Source of the DNA: Armatimonadota bacterium
Lineage (GTDB): Bacteria; Sysuimicrobiota; Sysuimicrobiia; Sysuimicrobiales; Humicultoraceae
Assembly: GCA_037446215.1 (NCBI GenBank)
Contig: JBBIJB010000026.1
Span: 1 to 29,606 of the forward strand
Direction of reading: 5' to 3'
Length of the DNA: 29,606 nt
The position numbers and the translations under genes were made by a program. The notes beneath the pieces were generated by a model that had not been told where the DNA came from, did not search any database, and was given only the letters and a program-made list of their open reading frames with translations. Position 1 is the stretch's first letter, and each line of letters starts with the position of its first letter. This document shows positions 7,300 to 15,673 of this stretch, piece after piece.

Positions 7300-9243
7300 A
7301 TGCGTGACCTGATCTGGCTGATACCCCTCTTTCCGCTGCTGGCGTTCTGCGCCATAGTTGCCTTCGGCAGGCGGCTGCCCGGCGCGAGCAGCTACGTCGC
7401 CGTCGCCGGGATAGGCGCCTCGGCGCTCGTCTCGATCGGGCTCTTCCTGGAGATGCTGGGAGGGGGCCCGCCGGCTCAGCTCTCACTTCGCTGGATGATA
7501 CTGGGCGAGTGGCCGCTCGATCTCGGCTTCCGCGTCGACCAGCTGAGCGCCCTGATGCTGCTGGTGGTCACGGTCGTCGGCTCGATGATCTTCGTCTACT
7601 CGATCGGCTACATGCACGGGGACCCGCGGTTCCCCCGGTTCTTCGCCTACCTCTCGCTCTTCGCGGCATCGATGCTGCTGCTGGTGCTCGCCGACAACCT
7701 GCTGCTCCTCTACGCGGGGTGGGAGCTCGTCGGGCTGTGCTCGTACCTGCTGATCGGCTTCTACTTCGAGCGGCCCTCCGCCGCGCGGGCCTCGATGAAG
7801 GCGTTCATCACTACCCGGGTGGGCGACTTCTTCATGTTCCTCGGGATTCTGCTAATCTTCCTCCACCTCGGGACGTTCCAGTTCGAGGAGATCTTCGCCC
7901 GCGTCAGGGAAGGGGCGCTCTCTGGGGCAACGCTGGGAGGCGTCCCGCTGCTCACGCTGGTGGCGGTCCTGCTGTTCGGGGGCGCGGTCGGCAAGTCGGC
8001 CCAGGTCCCACTGCATACCTGGCTACCTGACGCGATGGAGGGCCCTACCCCGGTCTCCGCGCTGATCCATGCCGCCACGATGGTGGCCGCAGGCGTCTAC
8101 ATGGTCGCGCGGACCTACACCCTCTTCTTCGAGTCCGGCGGACAGACGGCGCTGCACGTTGTCGCCTACGTCGGGGGAGTCACGGCGCTGATGGCGGCGA
8201 CGATCGCGGTGGTGCAGGACGACATCAAGCGGGTGCTCGCCTACTCAACGATCAGCCAGCTGGGGCTGATGATGCTGGGTCTGGGGATGCTTGGTTACAC
8301 GGCCGGGATGTTCCACCTGATGACCCACGCCTTCTTCAAGGCCCTGCTGTTCCTCGGCGCGGGCAGCGTCATCCACGCGGTTCACACTAACAGCATCAAG
8401 GAGATGGGCGGGCTCGCGCGGGTGATGCCCTCCACCTACTGGACCTTCCTCATAGGCGCGCTTGCTCTGGCCGGTGTTCCTCCGTTCGCCGGGTTCTGGA
8501 GCAAGGACGAGATCCTCCTGGAGACGTTTCACCACAGCCCGGTGCTGTTCGCGGTGGCGGCGCTCACCTCGTTCCTGACCGCGTTCTACATGTTCCGGGT
8601 GGTCTTCTACACCTTCGGGGGAACGCTTCGAAAGCACGACGCCCACCCCCACGAGAGCCCGCCGGTGATGACCCGGCCGCTGTGGGTCCTGGCGTTCTTC
8701 GCCGTCTTCGTGGGGCTGGTCGGCGCGCCCGCCTTCGGGGCGCCGATAAAGCACTTCATAGAGTTCGAGGGCATCAAGCACGTGCCGTTCAGCGCGGGAC
8801 TGGCGCTCCTGTCCACGGGGATCGCGGGGGCCGGGATCTTCCTTGCGGCCCTCGTCTACCACTGGAAGGTCATTCCGGCCTCGGGCCTCAGGCGCGCGGC
8901 CGGTCCCCTCTACGCCCTAGTCGAGGGCAAGTACTTCTTCGACGAGGTCTATGCCGTTGCGGTCGTCCGGCCGACGCTGTGGGTGGCGGGTTCGCTGCGG
9001 AAGTTCGATATCTACGTGGTCGACGGGATCGTGAACCTGGCCGGGGTCGCCGGGCTGCGTGTTGCCCGCCTCTACCGTGTATTCGACCTCTACGTCGTCG
9101 ACGGTGTAGTGAACCTGGTCGGGTGGATGGCCAAGGCGATGGGCGGGGTGCTGCGCTACGTTCAGACGGGCCGCGTGGAGAACTACCTGCTGGCCATAGC
9201 CCTCGGCGTGATCGTGCTCGCCGCGGCGGGCCTCCTCAGATAG
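7300..9243 (+). CDS. nuoL: Complex I subunit L (antiporter-like) with lengthened lateral helix
   Basis: YS.GYM.GD, GWELVGLCSYLLIGF, GKSAQ.PL.TWLPDAMEGPTPVSALIHAATMV, THAFFKALLFL, GFWSKDEI, C-terminal QTG.V.NY. Confidence 0.96.
   Translation: MRDLIWLIPLFPLLAFCAIVAFGRRLPGASSYVAVAGIGASALVSIGLFLEMLGGGPPAQLSLRWMILGEWPLDLGFRVDQLSALMLLVVTVVGSMIFVYSIGYMHGDPRFPRFFAYLSLFAASMLLLVLADNLLLLYAGWELVGLCSYLLIGFYFERPSAARASMKAFITTRVGDFFMFLGILLIFLHLGTFQFEEIFARVREGALSGATLGGVPLLTLVAVLLFGGAVGKSAQVPLHTWLPDAMEGPTPVSALIHAATMVAAGVYMVARTYTLFFESGGQTALHVVAYVGGVTALMAATIAVVQDDIKRVLAYSTISQLGLMMLGLGMLGYTAGMFHLMTHAFFKALLFLGAGSVIHAVHTNSIKEMGGLARVMPSTYWTFLIGALALAGVPPFAGFWSKDEILLETFHHSPVLFAVAALTSFLTAFYMFRVVFYTFGGTLRKHDAHPHESPPVMTRPLWVLAFFAVFVGLVGAPAFGAPIKHFIEFEGIKHVPFSAGLALLSTGIAGAGIFLAALVYHWKVIPASGLRRAAGPLYALVEGKYFFDEVYAVAVVRPTLWVAGSLRKFDIYVVDGIVNLAGVAGLRVARLYRVFDLYVVDGVVNLVGWMAKAMGGVLRYVQTGRVENYLLAIALGVIVLAAAGLLR
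9004..9159 (+). repeat. In-frame 78-bp (26-codon) imperfect tandem duplication in the NuoL lateral helix
   Basis: Copy 1 at 9004 ttcgatatctacgtggtcgacgggatcgtgaacctggccggg (FDIYVVDGIVNLAG...); copy 2 at 9082 ttcgacctctacgtcgtcgacggtgtagtgaacctggtcggg (FDLYVVDGVVNLVG...). Offset is exactly 78 nt. Confidence 0.9.
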
Positions 9244-9299
9244 CAGGGGGCTTTGCGGGCCGGCAAGGGTAACGGGGTGACCGGAAGGAAGGGACCTGA

Positions 9300-10808
9300 A
9301 TGGAGAGCTACCTGCTGACGATCACCGTCTTCCTGCCGCTGGCAGGCGGGCTCCTCATACTGCTCACACCGAAGGGCAGGGAGGAGACGATGAGGTGGGT
9401 GGCCCTCGCCACCTCGGGGCTGGCATTCCTGGCCTCACTCTGGCTGCTCGGCCCGTTCGATCTCGGCGCCGCGGGCATGCAGCTCCAGGAGCGCTACGCC
9501 TGGATCCCCACGATCGGCGTCAACTACCACCTCGGCATAGATGGGCTGAGCCTGCCCCTGTTCATCCTGACCGCGCTGCTCTCGGTGCTCTCGGTCGTCT
9601 ACTCGTGGAAGGTCGACCAGCGGGTCAAGGAGTACCTGTTCCTGTTCCTGCTGCTCGAGACAGGCATGCTCGGCGTCTTCGTGGCGCTTGATTTCTTCCT
9701 GTTCTACGTCTTCTGGGAAGTGACGCTGGTCCCGATGTACTTCCTGATAGGGATCTGGGGCGGGCCGCGCCGGGAGTACGCCGCGATCAAGTTCTTCCTT
9801 TATACGGTCGTGGGCACGCTCGCGATGCTCCTTGGGATACTGCTGCTCTACTTCAACGCCGATCCCCGCACCTTCGGGATCCTCGAGCTGATCGAGCAGC
9901 AGCCGCTGGCCCGGGCGCCGATGCTCGCAGCGCTCGCATTCTGGGGCTTCTTCCTCTCCTTCGCGATAAAGGTCCCGATGTGGCCGTTCCACACGTGGCT
10001 CCCGGACGCCCACGTCGAGGCGCCGACGGCCGGCAGCGTGATCCTAGCCGGGGTGCTGCTGAAGATGGGCACCTACGGGTTCGTGCGGATCAGCCTCCCG
10101 ATGTTCCCGGAGACGTTCAAGGCGTATGCGCTCGTCATCGCAATACTGGCGCTCATAGGTATCGTCTACGGGGCGCTGGTGGCGATGGCGCAGCCCGACC
10201 TGAAGAAGCTGGTCGCCTACTCGAGCGTGAACCACATGGGCTACGTCATGCTCGGTGTGGCCGCCGCCGCCGCCGCGGTCGGCGTGCCCGAGAAGGCCAG
10301 GGCGGCGACGATCGCGCTCAACGGGGCGGTCTTCGAGATGGTGGCCCACGGGGTGATCACGGGGGCGCTGTTCCTGATAGTAGGCGTCATATACGACTAC
10401 AGGGCGCACGTGCGCGGCGTGGACGACTTCGGAGGCCTGGGTGCCCGGTTGCCGCTCTACACGGGCGTGACGAGCGTGGCGATGCTCGCCTCGCTCGGGC
10501 TGCCGGGGCTGATGGGGTTCGTGGCCGAGTTCCTGATATTCGTGGGCGCGTTCGGCGTCTTCCCGGAGCTCACCGCCGTGGCCGTGACCGGCATCCTCTT
10601 CTCGGCGGCGATGTTCCTGTGGACGATCCAGAGGATATTCCTCGGAACGCCGAACCCCCGGTGGGCAGACCTGCCCGACCTCGATCGGAGGGAGGCGATC
10701 TCGCTCGCGCCCCTGGTGGCCATCATCGTCTTCTTCGGGGTCTATCCGAGGCCGCTGCTCGACCTCATCAACACGGCCATGACCAGCCTCATGGTCGCGA
10801 TCAGGTAG
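9300..10808 (+). CDS. nuoM: Complex I subunit M
   Basis: LGIDGLS, FYVFWE..LVPMYFLIG.WG, FAIKVPMWPFHTWLPDAHVEAPTAGS..LAG.LLKMG.YG, LVAYSSV.HMG, GLPGL.GFVAEF. Confidence 0.96.
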   Translation: MESYLLTITVFLPLAGGLLILLTPKGREETMRWVALATSGLAFLASLWLLGPFDLGAAGMQLQERYAWIPTIGVNYHLGIDGLSLPLFILTALLSVLSVVYSWKVDQRVKEYLFLFLLLETGMLGVFVALDFFLFYVFWEVTLVPMYFLIGIWGGPRREYAAIKFFLYTVVGTLAMLLGILLLYFNADPRTFGILELIEQQPLARAPMLAALAFWGFFLSFAIKVPMWPFHTWLPDAHVEAPTAGSVILAGVLLKMGTYGFVRISLPMFPETFKAYALVIAILALIGIVYGALVAMAQPDLKKLVAYSSVNHMGYVMLGVAAAAAAVGVPEKARAATIALNGAVFEMVAHGVITGALFLIVGVIYDYRAHVRGVDDFGGLGARLPLYTGVTSVAMLASLGLPGLMGFVAEFLIFVGAFGVFPELTAVAVTGILFSAAMFLWTIQRIFLGTPNPRWADLPDLDRREAISLAPLVAIIVFFGVYPRPLLDLINTAMTSLMVAIR

Positions 10809-10817
10809 GGGCCCAAG

Positions 10818-12260
10818 ATGCCGATGCCTCCAGGGGATCTCTGGTCGCTGGCGCCGGAGTTCTGGCTCGCGGCGCTGGGGATAGGTCTGCTCGTGCTGGA
10901 CCTGTTCGTGCCGGAGGGCAGGAAGAGGATCGTCGGGTGGGTCGCGATCGCCGGCCTGGCATTGGGGTTGCTGCCGATCGCCGGGATGCTCGGCGGACCG
11001 GCGCGGACGGTCCTGTTCGGCGCCTACGCGGTGGACGGTTTCGCCGTGGTCTTCAAGCTGGTCATCGTCGCCGCGACCATCCTGGTCATCCTCTCCGCCC
11101 TGGACAGCCTGTCCGGCCGCACCGGCTTCGAGGGAGAGCTCTACGCCCTGCTGACGCTCTCCTCGCTGGGGCTGGTCATGATGGCGGCCAGCGCGGACCT
11201 GATCGTGCTGGCGCTCTCGATCGAGTTCGTGAGCCTCTCCTCCTACGTGCTGGCCGGCTACTTCAAGGAGGACCGCAAGAGCGCCGAGGCCGGCATCAAG
11301 TACTTCCTGTTCGGCGCGGGCGCCTCCGCGGTCATGCTCTACGGCTTCTCTATCGTCTACGGCCTGACCGGGCACACGAGCCTCTACGCGATCGCCCTCC
11401 AGGTGCGCGACGCTCCTCAGCCCGCCCTGGTGCTGGCCCTCGTGATGGTGCTGGCAGGACTCGGGTTCAAGGTGTCGATGGTGCCGTTCCACCAGTGGAC
11501 GCCGGACGTCTACGAGGGCGCGCCTACCTCGGTTGCCGCCTACCTCTCGGTGGCCTCCAAGGCCGCGGGGTTTGCCGCGCTGGTTAGGGTCCTGGTGGTG
11601 GCCTTCGCGCCGAGCTCCGTCGAGTTGGTCGCGCTGGTGGCGGGCCTTGCCGCGGTAACGATGACCGTCGGGAACCTGATCGCCCTGCCCCAGACCAACA
11701 TCAAGCGGATGCTTGCCTACTCCAGCGTCGCCCACGCCGGCTTCCTGTTGATGGGTGTGGCCGCATTCAACGCGGAGTTCGGAACGCCCGGGCTGGTTGT
11801 CTACGTGATCGCCTACGCCTTCACCAACCTGGGAGCGTTCCTCGTGGCGGTGGCGGTGGAGGGACGGCTGGGTACCACGGAGCTGTCGGGATACGCGGGG
11901 CTCGCGCAGCGCTCGCCGGCGCTGGCCGCGGCGATGGCGCTGTTCATGCTCTCCCTGATCGGCATACCCCCGACCGCCGGCTTCTTCGGGAAGTTCTACA
12001 TCTTCGCGGGCGCGATCCAGGCCGGCCTGCTGTGGCTCGCGGTGGCAGGCGTGGTGAACAGCGTGGTGGCCCTCTACTACTACGCCAACGTCATCCGGCT
12101 CATGTACCTCGTCGCCCCGGAGTCGCCCCTCCCCCTGGCGGAGCCGACCGCGCTTCGGCTGGCACTGGGGATATCGGCCCTCGGAACGCTGGCGATAGGC
12201 CTGTTCCCCCAGCCGTTCGTGGCCCTGGCCGGAGCTGCCGCGCTGCTGCTGCGGTTCTAA
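10818..12260 (+). CDS. nuoN: Complex I subunit N
   Basis: E..SL.SY.L, EAG.KYF..G, GFKVS.VPFHQWTPDVYEGAPT, SKAAGF, Q.NIKRMLAYSS.AHAG, GIPP.AGF.GK. Confidence 0.96.
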   Translation: MPMPPGDLWSLAPEFWLAALGIGLLVLDLFVPEGRKRIVGWVAIAGLALGLLPIAGMLGGPARTVLFGAYAVDGFAVVFKLVIVAATILVILSALDSLSGRTGFEGELYALLTLSSLGLVMMAASADLIVLALSIEFVSLSSYVLAGYFKEDRKSAEAGIKYFLFGAGASAVMLYGFSIVYGLTGHTSLYAIALQVRDAPQPALVLALVMVLAGLGFKVSMVPFHQWTPDVYEGAPTSVAAYLSVASKAAGFAALVRVLVVAFAPSSVELVALVAGLAAVTMTVGNLIALPQTNIKRMLAYSSVAHAGFLLMGVAAFNAEFGTPGLVVYVIAYAFTNLGAFLVAVAVEGRLGTTELSGYAGLAQRSPALAAAMALFMLSLIGIPPTAGFFGKFYIFAGAIQAGLLWLAVAGVVNSVVALYYYANVIRLMYLVAPESPLPLAEPTALRLALGISALGTLAIGLFPQPFVALAGAAALLLRF

Positions 12261-12325
12261 CGACACAGGTCGTCAGCGATGGATCAGGGGGCGCAAATCC
12301 GCGCAGGTACTGCGTTCCCCGCGCA

Positions 12326-12354
12326 TTGACGGGTGTTGGGGGCTCTGCTATTCT
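12326..12354 (+). promoter_or_regulatory. Putative sigma70 promoter (extended -10) for the V/A-ATPase operon
   Basis: TTGACG (12326-12331), 17-nt spacer, TATTCT (12349-12354) preceded by TGc. Confidence 0.65.
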
Positions 12355-12369
12355 CGAATTTGGACCATG

Positions 12370-12400
12370 CCCCCAGACGCCGCGTCCTGGGGGTTTCTTT
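12370..12400 (+). terminator. Intrinsic-terminator-like hairpin with U-tract between nuoN and the ATPase operon
   Basis: CCCCCAGACG-ccg-CGTCCTGGGGG (one bulged C) followed by TTTCTTT. Confidence 0.6.
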
Positions 12401-12428
12401 GCTGGAGCAGATCAAGGGGCCGTGTGAG

Positions 12429-12785
12429 ATGGGCGCTCCAAAGCACGCAGGGGACAGCAGCGAGACGCACCACAATCCTCTACGCCTGATAGCGGAGAAG
12501 GAGCGGGAGCTCGACGCCCTTGCCTCGGCCTCCCGCGCCGAGGCGGAGGCGATAGCGGTTCAGGCCCGCACGGAGGCCGAGGCGCTCCTCCGCGGGGCCC
12601 GCGAGCAGGCAGCCCGCCTCGGACGCGAGCACGAGGCGCTCCTGGCGGAGGAGGCCGCACGCCTGGGCGGCGAGGCCGAGGACGGCGCGAGGGCCCAGGT
12701 CGAAGAGCTCCGCAGGCGTGCCGTCGGCCGGATCGAGGCGGCGGTCCGCCGCGTCGTCGAGAGGATCACCGAGGGCGGCGTCTGA
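12429..12785 (+). CDS. V/A-type ATP synthase subunit G (H), peripheral stalk
   Basis: Ala/Glu/Arg-rich coiled coil, 118 aa, first gene of the operon. ATG at 12429 follows AAGGGG; TGATG overlap with subunit I. Confidence 0.8.
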   Translation: MGAPKHAGDSSETHHNPLRLIAEKERELDALASASRAEAEAIAVQARTEAEALLRGAREQAARLGREHEALLAEEAARLGGEAEDGARAQVEELRRRAVGRIEAAVRRVVERITEGGV

Positions 12786-14743
12786 TGATCGTTGAGATGC
12801 GCCGGATGCTCATAGTGGGCCCCAGGCGGCTGCTGGACGAGGTCGTCGAGGCGGTGCAAGGCGCCGGCGCAGTGCACGTAGACCAGGTGGAGCCGGGCGA
12901 GGCCGCCGCTCCGGCCGTAGAGCCGGAGGGCGGGCACTCAGAGGCGCTGGCCGCCCTCGAACGCACGCTGGTTCGCGTGGAGTGGCTGCTGGGAGTGATC
13001 TCCCGAGCGGCCCCCGCCTTGGGCGGTGCGGCTGCCTCCCCTGATCCGGGAGATGACCGCGCCATCGAGGCGCGCCTTGAGGCGATCGAGTCCGAGGCGA
13101 CCGCCCTGACCAGGCGGCGGCTCGAACTCGAGGAGGAGCTCGAGCTGATACGCACCTACGAGGGGGCGGTCCGCGCGCTCGGCCCCCTCATCTCGGCGCT
13201 CTCCGGGAGCCGCTCTCTCGAGAGCGTGGGCTTCCTGCTGCGCGGTGCCGACCTCACGGCGGTCACGGCGCTGCGCGGGCAGCTCGAGGGGTTGACGGAG
13301 GGGCGCGTCGAGGTAGCGGGACGCCTGGTCGATGGGGAGCGGACGGGCGTCGTCGTTGCCTTCCTACGCCGCGACGCGGAGGCCGTCAGGGGGTTCCTGT
13401 CGCGGGCGGGGATAGTCGAGCTCAGGCTGCCGGAGCGATACGCCGCGGGGGGGCCCGCGGAAACGGTGAGGCAGATGGAGAGGCGGCGGGCCGAGCTGCC
13501 CGCCGAGATAGCGGCCGTCGGGTCGGAAATGACCGCCCTCGCTTCCAGGCACGGCCAGGAGGTGCGCGAGGCGCACGGTCAGATACAGGACAGGCTCGGC
13601 AGGCTGAGGGCGGTTTCTCTGCTCGCGCGGTCGCGCTACGCCTTCATACTGCGCGGGTGGGTGCCGGCGGCGCAGGTGGAGGAGGTTAGGTCTACCCTGC
13701 GATCACGCTTCGGGGAAGATGTCGTCGTGGAGGATACGCCCGCCGATCCTCACCACGCCGAGGCAGTGCCGGTCCTGCTGGACAACCCGGGCCCGGTGCG
13801 GCCCTTCCAGAGGATGCTCGCGCTCTTTAGGCCTCCCCGCTACGGGACGCTCGACCCCACGGTATACCTGGCGATCTTCTTTCCCCTCTTCGTGGGCGTG
13901 GTGATCGGCGACGTGGCGTACGGCGCGCTGCTGTTCGCGCTGGGGTGGTGGATGCGCGGGAAGTCCGCCAGGGGCGAGCCCTGGGAGATCTCCCTCTTCG
14001 GCATGAAGCTGGGCATAACGATCCCGCCGGGGACGCTCGCCGACGCCTCCTGGATCATCCGCGTCCTCTCGGTGTGGACGATGCTGTTCGGCGTCGTCTA
14101 CCTGGAGATCTTCGGCAACCTGATCGAGCACCACCTCGGGCTTCACCCGGTATTCAACCGCGTTCAGCTGGCCGCCGCCTTTCTCGGTGTCGCCATCGCC
14201 CTGGGGATCGTTCAGGTGATGCTCGGGTACCTGCTGCACCTGGGCCAGGCGCTCCGCCACCGACACCCGTTCCACGCCCTGGAGTCGCTCGCGATGATTA
14301 GCGGTGTGCTGGCCCTCTTCGCCCTGCTGGGCACCCGCGGGGAGGTCCTGCCGCCCGGCTTCTTCGGGTTGGGGCTGCTGCTTGGCGCGCTCTTCCTGGC
14401 TCTGGTGGCGGTGGGGGTCGTGCTGAACAGATTTGCGCTGATGTGGCTGCTGGAGGCGATCTCCGGCGTGGGCAGCGTGCTCTCCTACGCTCGTCTCTTC
14501 GGAGTGGGGCTGGCAGCGGCAGCCCTGGCCAACGCCTCCAACGAGCTCGGCGCCGCGTTCGGCCCGATGTGGGTCGGGATCGTCATGGGCATCGTGATCC
14601 AAATGGTCTTCTTCCTGTTCACCATAGCCGGCCACATAATCCAGCCCGCGCGTTTGAACTGGGTGGAGTTCCTCACCAAGGTGAAGTACCACGACGAGAC
14701 CGGAAACTCGTACCGGCCGTTGCAGAAGACGGGAGGTGGCTAG
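12785..14743 (+). CDS. atpI: V/A-type ATP synthase subunit I (a; NtpI)
   Basis: Soluble N-terminal half, P.LLDNP..RPF, P.YG..DPT, GDVAYG, essential Arg in LSYARL, HIIQPARLNWVEF. Confidence 0.95.
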   Translation: MIVEMRRMLIVGPRRLLDEVVEAVQGAGAVHVDQVEPGEAAAPAVEPEGGHSEALAALERTLVRVEWLLGVISRAAPALGGAAASPDPGDDRAIEARLEAIESEATALTRRRLELEEELELIRTYEGAVRALGPLISALSGSRSLESVGFLLRGADLTAVTALRGQLEGLTEGRVEVAGRLVDGERTGVVVAFLRRDAEAVRGFLSRAGIVELRLPERYAAGGPAETVRQMERRRAELPAEIAAVGSEMTALASRHGQEVREAHGQIQDRLGRLRAVSLLARSRYAFILRGWVPAAQVEEVRSTLRSRFGEDVVVEDTPADPHHAEAVPVLLDNPGPVRPFQRMLALFRPPRYGTLDPTVYLAIFFPLFVGVVIGDVAYGALLFALGWWMRGKSARGEPWEISLFGMKLGITIPPGTLADASWIIRVLSVWTMLFGVVYLEIFGNLIEHHLGLHPVFNRVQLAAAFLGVAIALGIVQVMLGYLLHLGQALRHRHPFHALESLAMISGVLALFALLGTRGEVLPPGFFGLGLLLGALFLALVAVGVVLNRFALMWLLEAISGVGSVLSYARLFGVGLAAAALANASNELGAAFGPMWVGIVMGIVIQMVFFLFTIAGHIIQPARLNWVEFLTKVKYHDETGNSYRPLQKTGGG

Positions 14744-14744
14744 A

Positions 14745-15068
14745 GTGAAGAGAATGCTGTTCGTGCTGGGTGTCCTGGCGGTCGCGTGCCTGGTCGTCGC
14801 GCCTATCGCGCTGGCGGCGGAGGCGCCCGAACAGGCCGGGAAGCAGCTGACCCTGGCCCATGGGCTGCTCGGCCTGGCCGCGGCGCTCTCGGTGGCGTTC
14901 GGAGCCATCGGCACCGCCTGGGCCCAGTCGCACATCGGAGCCGCGGCGGCGGGCGCGATCGCCGAGAGGCCGGAGATCGGTGGGCAGATGCTGATCTTCC
15001 TGGTCCTGCCCGAGACCATGATCATCCTGGGCTTCGTCATCGCGTTCTTCCTCGTGGGCAAGATCTAG
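14745..15068 (+). CDS. atpK: V/A-type ATP synthase proteolipid subunit K/L (c; NtpK) with N-terminal signal-peptide-like segment
   Basis: Single hairpin with G..AQ..IGAA..GAIAE.P and LPET. GTG at 14745 is 7 nt after GGAGGT (14732-14737). Confidence 0.93.
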   Translation: MKRMLFVLGVLAVACLVVAPIALAAEAPEQAGKQLTLAHGLLGLAAALSVAFGAIGTAWAQSHIGAAAAGAIAERPEIGGQMLIFLVLPETMIILGFVIAFFLVGKI

Positions 15069-15082
15069 GCGGCGAGGCGACC

Positions 15083-15661
15083 ATGAGCACGGAGTTGGTT
15101 CGCCTTCTCGAGCGCGAGGCCGCGGCGGAGCGCGAGAGAGTGATCGCCGAGGCCCGCGCGGAGGCGGAGGCCGTCCTCTCAAACGCGCGTACAGAGGCAG
15201 AGGAGCACCTGGAGCGCCAGCGACTCAGGCTCGAGTCGGAGCGGTCCGCGGCCGTCGTGAGGGCGCGGAGCACGGCGAACCTAAGGCACTCCGCCTTGGT
15301 CCTCCGCGCCAAGGAGGAAGAGATCGCCCGGGTCTTCGCCCGAGCGGAGGCAGAGCTTGCCAGCTTCGTCGGCGACTCCCGACGCTACCCTTCCGTCCTG
15401 CGACGCTTCTTGGAGGAGGGTTTGGGCACGATCGATGGGCGGGCCGTGGTCACCGTGAATCCCGCCGACCGATCCGTCGCCGAGGCCCTGATCGCCGAGA
15501 TCGGCCGCGAGGCGGAGCTGCGGGTCGATCCCTCCGTGAAGGGAGGAGTCCTGGTCGCCACCCAGGACGGGCGGTTCGTTGTGACCAATACGCTCGCCTC
15601 ACGGCTGGCCCGGGCGCGTGCCGCGCTCGCCGCCGAGGTGGCAGAGATCCTCTGGGAGTAG
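15083..15661 (+). CDS. atpE: V/A-type ATP synthase subunit E (NtpE)
   Basis: N-terminal coiled coil, C-terminal GGV.V...DGR..V.NTL..RL. ATG at 15083 follows GAGG; operon position fits. Confidence 0.9.
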   Translation: MSTELVRLLEREAAAERERVIAEARAEAEAVLSNARTEAEEHLERQRLRLESERSAAVVRARSTANLRHSALVLRAKEEEIARVFARAEAELASFVGDSRRYPSVLRRFLEEGLGTIDGRAVVTVNPADRSVAEALIAEIGREAELRVDPSVKGGVLVATQDGRFVVTNTLASRLARARAALAAEVAEILWE

Positions 15662-15673
15662 GTCCGGGGAGCG

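Noticed and set aside
7300..12260. Mrp Na+/H+ antiporter or Mbh/Hyf membrane module
   Set aside because: Clear NuoA, H, J and K with complex I motifs in nuo order; no MrpE/F/G or hydrogenase subunits in the window.
10044..12266. 740-aa minus-strand ORF and other long alternative-frame ORFs (3007-4854, 9980-11587, 13703-15061)
   Set aside because: They fully overlap well-supported genes and have Arg/Gly/His/Pro-rich shadow composition.
12367..12489. Short uORF (MPPDAASWGFLCW...) spanning the ATPase leader hairpin
   Set aside because: Weak RBS, overlaps subunit G out of frame, and has no independent support.
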